Positions 11,325-21,389 of a stretch of DNA of 29,396 nt are shown here, one piece after another. Position numbers and translations under genes: made by a program. The notes below the pieces were generated by a model, which had not been told where the DNA came from, did no database searches, and worked only from the letters and a program-made list of their open reading frames with translations. Source of the DNA: Proteromonas lacertae (lineage: Eukaryota); contig NGBS01000879.1 of NCBI GenBank assembly GCA_002245135.1, positions 186,001 through 215,396 on the forward strand. The letters are read 5' to 3'. Positions within the stretch are counted from its first letter, which is position 1; each line of letters begins with the position of its first letter.

Positions 11325-12248
11325 ATGTTATTTTATTCTCAAATAGAAATCATCTTAATTTTTATGTTTCTAATTTTATGTTTTAGAGCTAAATATGGCG
11401 AAAATAGAAGTAATATTATAAACTATGAATATATTAGAGAATTTGAAAATCTTAAAATGAATGGGTTAAACAAATTAAAATGCTTATATCCTATTAAAGT
11501 TATTCATGTTAGTAGTATTATTATATTTCTTTTATCTAGGGATAGGCTTTATGCAGTTTATTATTCAATTAAGTATTGGATGAAATTGAATAGAAATTAT
11601 AATATAAAGCTAGTTATATTGGATCATAGTAGTACTTTTCTACCACTTTTAAACTATTATGATTATATAAAGAATAAATATGATATAGATATTGTTTATC
11701 TCAAACAAAACAGCTGGAAATATTTAATCGATATAGATATTCCAAATATAATTATTTCTTATCTCAATTTAAATATAAATATAAAATATTATATTTTATC
11801 AGATATAGATATTATAATGATAAATACACCTGCAAATATATTAGACTTATATGCTTCAGTACTTAGCAATTGCAATGTTAGTGTAGTAGGTCCATCACTA
11901 ATGGTTAATGATATATCTAATAAATTCCCTGATTTTAAAAAAGTATATACTTTTGAAACTAATTATCTAAAAACAAACCATTATGATATAATATACAAAA
12001 ATCAGTATTACACTTTTATTAGCGCAGATATTGACACAATATTTGGAATGAGAAAAAGAACAACAAAATTTAAAAGACATTCATTATATTCTTTTAGATC
12101 TCTATCACCTTATGTTGTTCATCATATTGATTGGTATATATCCTATCTTGATTTGCCTAAATCTTTTATATATTATGTAAAACATTCAAAATCTATAAAT
12201 CATTCAGGATCTGCTTTTAATATTTCAAATTCATTAAAACAGCCTTAA
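11325..12248 (+). CDS. GT2-like glycosyltransferase of bacterial appearance with an added N-terminal anchor
   Basis: RDRL, VILDHSSTFLPLLNYY, YYILSDIDI (DxD), ADIDTIF, PYVVHHIDWY resemble the bacterial GT2-like pattern NRL...DNxSTYPPLL-x-YY...TDPD...IDTTF...HLPWY (from memory). Confidence 0.7.
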   Translation: MLFYSQIEIILIFMFLILCFRAKYGENRSNIINYEYIREFENLKMNGLNKLKCLYPIKVIHVSSIIIFLLSRDRLYAVYYSIKYWMKLNRNYNIKLVILDHSSTFLPLLNYYDYIKNKYDIDIVYLKQNSWKYLIDIDIPNIIISYLNLNINIKYYILSDIDIIMINTPANILDLYASVLSNCNVSVVGPSLMVNDISNKFPDFKKVYTFETNYLKTNHYDIIYKNQYYTFISADIDTIFGMRKRTTKFKRHSLYSFRSLSPYVVHHIDWYISYLDLPKSFIYYVKHSKSINHSGSAFNISNSLKQP

Positions 12249-12257
12249 TTTAATTCG

Positions 12258-13244
12258 ATGATGTTCATTAAGAGATATATTAAAATAATCTCTTTATTCT
12301 TTTCTCTATTCATATTATTATATATTAAAAGAATTAATTTATCAAAAATAGATTTAATATTTAAAAAAATAGAATTAATAAATAATTATAATTATTCAAA
12401 ATTGTTTATTAATTCAATTAATCTTTATAATCAAAGACTACCATCTATAAATAGATTGTATCAAATGTATAAATCATGCAATGGTAAAAAAAGGACAATT
12501 ATTGTTCTGCTGTTTTATAATCAAATAAAACTATTCATTGATAGAAATTATCTATTCTTAAATCTAAAACATTATGATAAATTAATTTTCTTTGTTACTG
12601 AAAATATAACATTAGATGAAAAATACCGCAATATTTTCTATTCTGTTGTAGATGTTTCATCTCAGTTTTATACATTTCCCTATAAATTCAATACTTCAGC
12701 TTATAAACCAAACTACATGAAAAGAGGAAAATGGAATTATCAACATATGTGTAGATTTTTTTTTAAAAGTATTTTTATTAATCCATTATTGTGTGATTCA
12801 GATTTGATTATGAGACTTGATTCAGAATCTATTTTAAACACTTCTTCCAATTTATTTAATTACATGAGTGATGAAATTGTATATATGCATAACAGAATTT
12901 TATACGATGCTGTATTTGTAACAAAAGGATTAAAAGATTTTATATTTTCATTTATTAATGCATTTAAGATTAAAGTAGAAGATGTTAATAGATTTAGTAA
13001 AAATTTTAATTCCAGTGCACTTATTTATTATAATAATTTTGAAATATGTAGATCGAAATTTTTTAGAAATAGAAAAATGTTTCAGTTTATGATGTTAGTC
13101 GATTTAAGTTATGGCCAGTTTATCTATAGATGGGGAGATGCACCATTGAGATATACAAGCTTATCGTTATTTGCAAAAAGTTACACTAAATTATCATTAC
13201 CTAAAGATGTAAATTATTGTCATAATTTATGCAATTATTTGTAA
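12258..13244 (+). CDS. GT15 alpha-1,2-mannosyltransferase (KRE2/MNT1 family)
   Basis: YQHMCRFF, MRLDSE, YYNNFEI, FF, GQFIYRWGDAP are GT15 signature motifs. N-terminal anchor present. Confidence 0.9.
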   Translation: MMFIKRYIKIISLFFSLFILLYIKRINLSKIDLIFKKIELINNYNYSKLFINSINLYNQRLPSINRLYQMYKSCNGKKRTIIVLLFYNQIKLFIDRNYLFLNLKHYDKLIFFVTENITLDEKYRNIFYSVVDVSSQFYTFPYKFNTSAYKPNYMKRGKWNYQHMCRFFFKSIFINPLLCDSDLIMRLDSESILNTSSNLFNYMSDEIVYMHNRILYDAVFVTKGLKDFIFSFINAFKIKVEDVNRFSKNFNSSALIYYNNFEICRSKFFRNRKMFQFMMLVDLSYGQFIYRWGDAPLRYTSLSLFAKSYTKLSLPKDVNYCHNLCNYL

Positions 13245-13371
13245 AAATAGTTTGTTTACATCAATTCCAGTACATTTATAAATTTTAGTGAATATAACAG
13301 TTTATTATTCAATAATGCAAAATATTAAATATTATACTATATTTATACTTATAAGAATTAAATATTAAATA

Positions 13372-14326
13372 TTATTTAAGTTTGTAGTATAATGAATATG
13401 ATAGAATATCAGTAGATATTATTCTATGTATTACTGTAACATTTTTATGAATTGCACATCTATTAGGAAGAATTGCATAACTTGATATTCTATTAATTTT
13501 TAGATGAAGACTATATAATAACCATGAAATATGTTGATCGTCAATTCTTATTAAGTATGTATTTCTTAGTGATTGATTAAATAATAATGTTGGCATATCA
13601 GAAGAAAACATTGTTGCAAAACCTGAGTATACATCAATACCTGAGACAGGAAACTGCTTATTATAGTATTCTGCTATATTTTTAGGAGAACTATATTTAA
13701 ATGAAGGATTTGAATTTATACGTTTCCATTTTTGTTTTTCAGCGCCCCAAAATTGATACTCTTTATAAAGATATGGCTTTAGTTCTTCATACAGTCTATT
13801 CAAATCTACATATGTATCAACATCAAACTTTGCATAGTATTGAGAATATGGACATAGTATATTCAAAAATTTCATTGTATAAAGAGTAAATATAGTTTCA
13901 TTAGCAAATGATTCATGTATATTTATTTGAAGTATATCTCCATACATTCTGTTTTATAATATATCTTACTGCTATATACCTAGAATTTTTACCCCACGTT
14001 AATCTGATTGCATTTCTTTCACTCATTTGTTTACATTCAGAAATAATGAATATATATATAAAAGTGTCACTTGGACATGTGGTATTATGGATAAAATAAT
14101 AATCATAAGGAAAAGGGTGAGGATAATCTGATTTTGCATAAGTCGTATGTATACATCTAGTATTCTTTTGCTTTAAACATTTTTCTTTACATGTAGCATT
14201 CTTTAAACACATTAGAGTATTCAATACTCTACTATTTTTAACATAACTATATTTTTTATTATATACCATGAGTATAATAATCAAAAAATAATAAATTAAC
14301 AAATAATAATATGATAAAATCTTCAT
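13372..14326 (-). CDS. GT31 beta-1,3-glycosyltransferase (galactosyltransferase family), two exons
   Basis: ERNAIRLTWG, YGDIL, ESFAN, CP, AKFDVD (DxD), SG, IDD and a terminal H motif. A 31-nt GT..AG intron (13949-13979) joins the two ORFs in frame (KNSR-MYGDI), though the linker is shorter than usual for GT31. Confidence 0.82.
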
Positions 14327-14341
14327 TACTTCACTAAAAAT

Positions 14342-15763
14342 TTAACAAAAATTCTCTCTTACTATTGCTTTTGATATATATGATATATTGTTTGATAGAA
14401 AGAAAAGATGAGATATATTTTTAATATGGATAATATATAGTCTATATTGACTTTCTTCAATTGAATTACTCAATAAATCTAAATCTTTATTCTCCCATGT
14501 TATATGTTTATATGATTCTTTCAATGTATATGGCGTAAGTGGATGGGATAGAAAAGTCTATAATATATAAATAAAAATACAGTCTCTCTATAACTATTGC
14601 CGAAATAATTATTTAACTTTCTTATTTTCCATAACTCAATATATGAACAGTATGTGTGATTTTTACAGTATTTGCATTGATGTAGGCAATGATTACATTT
14701 TATTTGAGGTAATATAAATACAATATTTACAATAGTTGTTATGTAAAAACCAAACTTTAGAATTATTTCATCTTCATCAATATTATTACTATTAAATTTT
14801 AAAGTAAAATATTTCTTTGAATAGGAAGAATAGTATCCTTTAAAATCAAAACAATAGAAATGCATTTCTTTTTCTCTGTATAATTTTTTGTCCGATCCTG
14901 TGATCCAATTATTATGTACTGTAATATATGAATTATCTAATAGTAATATAATATTTAGATACTATGTAAATGATAATAAAATATTCTTTTCCCTCTAATA
15001 TAGAATTCATCTCCACATGCAAATAATTTCAGTGGCAAATATGTAACATTTATTGTTAAATTATATTTTAATGCATAATTCCAATGAGCTTGTTCACCCA
15101 ACTTAAATAGCATCCTATTTTTCTGTAATACATTCATAAAATTTATCATTCTTTGATTTGCATTAGCTAAACTATAACTGATCATATTGAATTATACTAA
15201 AAGCCTGAATTCATTGTTGGACAATAATGATCACATGAAGTGACTAAATCAGTATTATAATGAAGTAAATAGTTGATAGGGTTTTTGAAAAAAATTAGAT
15301 CTGTATCACATAGAATTATATTGAATTTGAGCAATAATAGAAGTTTCACATAATCAGTTTTTGAATAGACAATTTTCCAGTACATAGGAGTATTATAATC
15401 GATATGTTCAGTTATATTTTGTGTATAATTTGACATATATAAATTTGGTAAATCATGTTTAGTTAAAAAATAACCATTTAAATCCAAAGATATGAAAATT
15501 ATATTACTAATGTTAAATTTCCTTATAGAACAATAGTAAAAATTCATTAATTGTAGATATATATTAGAAGTAAATAGAACCAGAAATATATTCTTTTCTT
15601 TTTTAAATTTATTTAACATATTTATATCTGATATAAGTTTAATTTTTTTACTAATCTTTAAATAGTTTAAATCATCATAAATTATTTCAATAAATATTAT
15701 AAGAATCATAATTATAAGAATATAAGAATATTTCAACATTTTCTGTAACTTATGGAAAAACAT
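14342..15763 (-). CDS. Nucleotide-diphospho-sugar transferase (GT77-like), four exons
   Basis: ILCDTDLIFFKNP, NSGFY, EQ, LP-x-x-LF-x-CG, HNNWITG-x3-K-x-x-R-x-KE, RE-x-x-FL-x-HP. Removing GT..AG introns 15172-15197 (26 nt), 14937-14962 (26 nt) and 14558-14580 (23 nt) joins four ORF-track pieces into one frame. Confidence 0.85.
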
Positions 15764-15839
15764 ATTTCATAATATTTGTAGAAGCCATAAAGATTATATC
15801 ATGAAAAAATGATGTAATCTTAAACACAGTTCATAATAA

Positions 15840-16922
15840 TTATTTTTTATTTACTCTTTTCTTTATTTCATAATATAAAGGATCATAAATTGTATAAGTT
15901 CCATCATGAAACATATAATATCTATTTTTTCTTTTATTTTTATTAAAGTTATATAGAATTAATAATGAGAATGTACTTCTCGGAGATAAAATTAAAAAAT
16001 CACTCCTTCTAAGCAAATCAATATCACCAAGCAGTTTAATATAGAATGATTTAGAATAGTTCTTATTTCTACTTATTCCACTGCTATGATATATTTCATA
16101 TTCTTCTTTATATGATATACTATCACTAATGTTGTGTTTAATTTTATAAAAAAAATACTTATTATCAGTGCTTAACATTAACTTGCAGCTTCTATTTCCA
16201 CATATATTAGTATATAGTTTTAATATTCTTTGATAAATATTAATATCAATTTTACATTTATTTTGCTTAATCATACAATTATCACCTAATCTTATGTGAG
16301 CTCCTATATAAAACATATTTCTTTTAGTGAGAGTTGTTGTAAATAATTTTAATCTTATATATTTATTAAATAGTATTGAATTTATATATATGATTCGATC
16401 ATTGTGCTGATGTATATTTTTCTTCAATAATTTAAACTTTAATATTTTATTATATATTTGATCAACATATAATAACTGCGGAACTAAGTCATAGTGAGTT
16501 ATAACTTCAATATTTCTTATATTAAAAGCGATTATTTCATTAATTATTTTTTCAAATGATTTGTTATAAGAATAGCCTGAAAATTTATAAATTAGACAGT
16601 TTTCAATTTTCAATTTTCTTTCTTTAACAATAATGATCTTATTGAACTGCACTATATTTAATAATGAATATGTCGCATATACTATCATTATATTATATTA
16701 CACTATTATACTAACAAGTTGTCTGTTACTGATAAATGATAGAATTAATGATGAGCTAATTCCTAGTAATTTGTTTCCCAAACCTCCAGAATTAGGCTTA
16801 TTGTATATATACATTATTCTTTGAGTATTATAAGCATTATTAAGAAATAAAATAAAGGAAATTACAAAAAAGAAAAAGAAGGTACTGCTTTTGGTAATAT
16901 AGTATATATTTATAAATGACAT
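15840..16922 (-). CDS. Fucosyltransferase-like GT-B enzyme (GT11/GT23-NodZ/GT37 superfamily), two exons
   Basis: Anchor, GGLGNKLLG, IGAHIRLGD (motif I), LSTDN (motif II), D-x-x-LL...STFS (motif III). A 30-nt GT..AG intron at 16682-16711 joins the ORFs in frame. Confidence 0.82.
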
Positions 16923-17163
16923 ATATTATTATACAATATATCAATATTGTATAGTATGTTGGTTTTGTTTTGATTCAAAATAAAAAATTCGTGCATAATG
17001 TAGGCATATTTAATAAATAATATTCGAATTACTGTTTCTAAAATTAAACAAATATCCAATCCCTCTATAATCATTAATGTAAAATGATGCAAAACACATA
17101 AATACTACTCTTAAAATGAAATCCAATGATTTATATATACTACTTTTTACAACATTTATTGAT

Positions 17164-18400
17164 CGCCATTTGTCATAGTTGGCCGTTTGTCTACCAGACA
17201 CTTTTAAAACAAACTAAATGTATATTCTTACTTGTCTTGATGAAAAATTGTTACTTTTATATTTACTTTGTTATATGACCTACATCTATGTTAAAAAAGA
17301 ATATATTTCTTGATAATCGTCTTATAATCCAAGAATATGTTTTGAGATACTGTCATTAATCTTTCTTCAACGTTCTTTTGGGTCAAGCCTGGACAAACTC
17401 CACTATTAAGGGGATTAAGCTGTTCTTCACCAACACATTTCTGAGTGTTTTGGCATGTTGAATTGTAATGCCATTAACTTGACTTCTCAAGATATAATCT
17501 CTAATAGCTTGCCCACTAATGATAGAGTTCAAAATAATTGGCTTTCTCCCTCTTCTAACCTTAGGTGGTGAAATACTTGATTTGGCTTTGGACGTCTTCA
17601 ACTCCATAATTTGTAAGTACTTCCAAATAGTACTCTTGGTTCTTGCCATTTTTAAGGCAATTTCTCCAATACTACAAGATTGATTTACCAGAGCTCTAAT
17701 TTTCTCTTTTTCAGACTCTGGAGTTTTTTTGACAGTGACTTTACATGGTTGTTTTGGGGATCTCATTTGCTCTAATTAGCGAGAAAGATCTAAATAAAGG
17801 GAATGAAAATTCAGACAAAACGACTATTTTTATTGAAATCGTTCGATTTTTGTTTTTTCGATTTTTAATTATGAAATAGTTATTTGATCAGTCTAAAATT
17901 AAAATTATGTTGATTACCTATAAGGTAGCAATAGATTTATGATATAAAAATCAATAGATAAAGAGACATTTCAAAAAGTGAGAAATAAAAATTACAAAAA
18001 TACAACAGATAGTTTAGTTTTTTTTATTATTTTTGGTTATATATTTTTTATGGCTGAATTATTGATAGTTTTCTTTTATTTTATAAAAACTCTATCAAGT
18101 CAAGCTTGTAAATAGTGCAAAAAAATAAAGACAATACATATGTATAGTATAAAAAGAGAATGGGATGGCCAAGCCAAACCCATTTTTGATTCTACTATTA
18201 TATGGACTTTATAAATGAAGCTTGAAATTAACAAACATAAATTGACAAACATAAGCTTGAAATTACCTACTTTATTTTTATGAAGGTAGATGAATAATTG
18301 TATGTTATATTACAAAGTAAGTATTAAAGTAACTATTATTTATCAAAATAAGTAAGAATATAAAATTAGTTTGTTTTAAAAGTGTCTGACAAACGGTGCA
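17164..18400. mobile_element. Family-A TIR element with eroded ends, inserted in the glycan cluster
   Basis: Left arm 17164-17290 is nearly identical to 7108-7230. Right arm ~18304-18400 is a diverged inverse copy missing one GACAAACGG unit. The terminal TGTTG is absent on both sides. Confidence 0.8.
17300..17766 (-). pseudogene. N-terminal HTH region of a Tc1/IS630-like transposase
   Basis: EKEKIRAL...SIGEIALKMARTKSTIWKYL (HTH) and an RRGRKP linker. After a frameshift, PGLTQKNVEERL resembles the Tc1 P-x-LT-x6-RL motif. No DDE domain. Confidence 0.65.
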
Positions 18401-18409
18401 TTGAATATA

Positions 18410-19095
18410 TTATTTTTGTATACACCATGATTTATCTTTTGTTATATATAATTTTAAATGTTTTGATTTAACGAATTCATCTACTGCTCCTTTGACAGCC
18501 CTATTTAGCTTATCAACTGTACCATCAGGATATAATTTCCATCTACCTGGAGAATAAGAATAATCATCTCCGCATAAAATTCCTCTGTCTTTTAATATAG
18601 GAAAGTAATGATCAATATCATTCTTAACGCTGTAATAGTCATGCCTGCCATCAACATATATAAAATCATATGATTGTTGATAGAAAGATTTATAAACTAA
18701 TTCACTTTTAGATTTAAATATTTTGAATAATACTCTATTAGAATATTTCAGTACTACATTCATTGATTCTATAAATCTATTATTTTGAATTATTGAATTT
18801 ACATTAGCTCCATCATCATAATATTTTTGTTCTATCCATGGATCAATCAATGTATACTCTCTACAATTCTTCCATATTTTCAAAAGTTGTTCAGTATAGA
18901 TACCTCTTTGAACACCTATTTCCATACCTATTTCATACTTTCTCTTATCCAATATATATCCAATATATTCTCTACTTTTATTAGAAATTGTATTGAAGTC
19001 TATTTCATCATTTTTTTATTTGTTTTTATATTCAAATAAATAAATAATATAGTGAATACAGTAGAAATAACAATTAAATAATCACACAATATCAT
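18410..19095 (-). CDS. Class I SAM-dependent methyltransferase (Methyltransf_24-like) with N-terminal anchor; one apparent frameshift
   Basis: MEIGVQRG, IDPW, YDFIYVDGRHDY, LK-x-RGILCGDDY. ATG at 19095 gives MILCDYLIVISTVFTILFIYL, which joins the catalytic frame if one base is added to the T7 run at 19011-19017. Confidence 0.8.
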
Positions 19096-19110
19096 TTTAT
19101 AAGACTATTG

Positions 19111-19900
19111 TAGTGTTGTATTTTTCGGTCAAAAAATATAGGTTTACCTATAGATCAAAACCTATATCTTTAGCTTGACCTTTACCTTCCTTATACTAAC
19201 TATTAGTTGACCTCCTATTGAACATGAGTTAAGAAGCATATAATCTAACCATATATACAAAATTAATGTTTTATACATCATTTTTCAAATATCAAAATTG
19301 ACCGGTCGGTCGATGCACTTTTTATATTACTATTATTTTGATCTATTTCTCAATGATGACTCACAATAACATATTATTAACATAATATTAAATTAATTAT
19401 AGAATAAAAAAAATAAAAGAAAAAAAACATCAAGCTTGATGGTTTGACTAAGTTTATCTTTATTTTTTAAGATTTAGATCATTTAGAAGTATAATTACTC
19501 AATATTTATAAGACTTTATAATAAATGAAACTATAGGGATATCACATTACCACCTATCGCATCAAAAGAGTTGTGCATTTATTCAATTGCTGTATGTTAG
19601 AGAAGTAACATTTTAACTACTTCAAAATGTTTTGGAAAACGAGATTAAAATAAAATATTCAGATTATTGCATATGGTAAAAGCCAAAGTCAATTCAGATT
19701 CTGTCAACAAAGATCTATTTAAATTAATAACCTTCAATGCAGTCAGCATCACAATATTAGACTCACCAAAATTTAGAAGGTTTTGCTTTAAACTAGGATA
19801 TAGTATAACTCGAAGAGAGGTTTATAATGATTATTTATTTTTAGAAACTGAGAAAGTAAGAGACTTATTGAAGACAAATCATTAATATCCAGAAATAGAT
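19111..19900 (+). mobile_element. Remnant of a hAT-like transposon
   Basis: ORF 19667..19885 (LFKLITFNAVSITILDSPKFRRFCFKLGYSITRREVYNDYL...V..LL) resembles the hAT transposase dimerisation/DNA-binding region. Candidate terminus TAGTGTTG at 19111 with GACC/GGTC-rich subterminal sequence. No right end found. Confidence 0.5.
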
Positions 19901-21389
19901 ATCTATTATTATAATTACAATAATATTTGTTCTTTAGAGATAGTAATCAATATAAATTAATCATCAAAATAACAAGTTGTTTATAAATATGTTAAATATC
20001 ACTATTGAGTAGTTTGTAGATGATGTTGTTCCCCGTATGGCGGAAATCCCAGTATGGCGGAACTCTATATTGCAGAATGATTCAATCAAAACTATTATGA
20101 TATTCATGATGTTCGGAGTTAGTTATTTTAGAATATATAGGTTTCGACCCATATAAACAACTTTTTTAGGCAACGAAAAAATGTCTTAATATGACATGAA
20201 ACCTATCTAGATAGACTACAAAATTCATGTAGATTATGAATATAATATTATTTTATATATATACACTCAAAATGAAAATTATCAGTTATTCAGGATTTAA
20301 GAATTTGACCCCTTCTGACGTCATTTCTGTCTCGAGTTTTCTATCAAACTTTTGAAATGTTTTTCTTGATTTTTCTTATTATATAGTGTTTTTTAAATTA
20401 CTTTACTATAAATATTAGAATTAATAATGAACAATTTACCATTTGATATACATAGAAACTAAAATACAATTAAATCTACCTAAATAGCTAATGTTCATAT
20501 ATTTTATAATTTATAAATGAAATGTTTATTAAACAATTTATAATTACTTATTTTATATAGCTTATTTTAGTTAACTGCTTCTATTTACTAATTACTTAAA
20601 TATGAGACTACTGCATATTTCATTTACTCATATTGGATAAGAACCATTATTAGTTGATTATAAATTTAAGTTAATTCTATTCTAAAGTCATCCTATACAG
20701 TCATTTAAAAATATATCCGTTTCCTTTGATATTTGAATTTAATTTTGAAAATGTAAGTGCTATATATATTATTTATATATTATTCTTATATATTATTATT
20801 ATATTATAAATTATATACTCATGTAATCATATTAATATATTTATTACCTGATTTTAGATTTAATATAACAATCATCCTTACAGTACTTGTTTATCAAATG
20901 TTGTATATGGTTTTTATACTTATTACACTTGATTTTTTGTGATGAGTCATTTTAAACATCGTTATAAGCAGAATATAATTCTAGGTTACAATAATGAGTT
21001 TGATAAAGAGTGCATACACTAGTTATATGATTTTTTAAAGTATTATGGAAATGATATGTCTTACTAGTTTATAAAAGAAGATCCACAAGATTATGAAATT
21101 GCTGGTTTGTTCGTTAAATTAAGAAACATAAAAGAAAAAGCAATAATCTATTACAGTGTGAAAGATGAAAAAGTCATAAAAAGATTTGATTATCTTCATA
21201 CAATTAATTCAAATGATATGTTTCAAGAAGTGGAGAGAGTAATATGATCTAATATGCTGTTTGTTAAATTAGATGAGATAATAGCTGATTTTGATAGTCC
21301 TTCAACAGGAATAGTAGATCCATCAGTTCCAACCACTACAGCTACAGCAGCACCCCAACAGAAGCTGCTCCAGGAGCAATAACATATTC

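Noticed and set aside
13242..13258. Blastocystis-type TGTTTGTT polyadenylation motif after a stop
   Set aside because: Only one imperfect instance (AGTTTGTT). Other genes lack it and have complete encoded stops.
6888..17201. Repeated peptide MSGRQTANYDK (ORFs 6888, 7692, 17010; variants 1978, 2770) as a protein family
   Set aside because: It is only the translation of the family-A TIR from a GTG codon.
20031..20064. CRISPR-like or prokaryotic repeat array
   Set aside because: Only two 17-nt units inside a TIR, with no spacers or cas genes, in a eukaryotic context.
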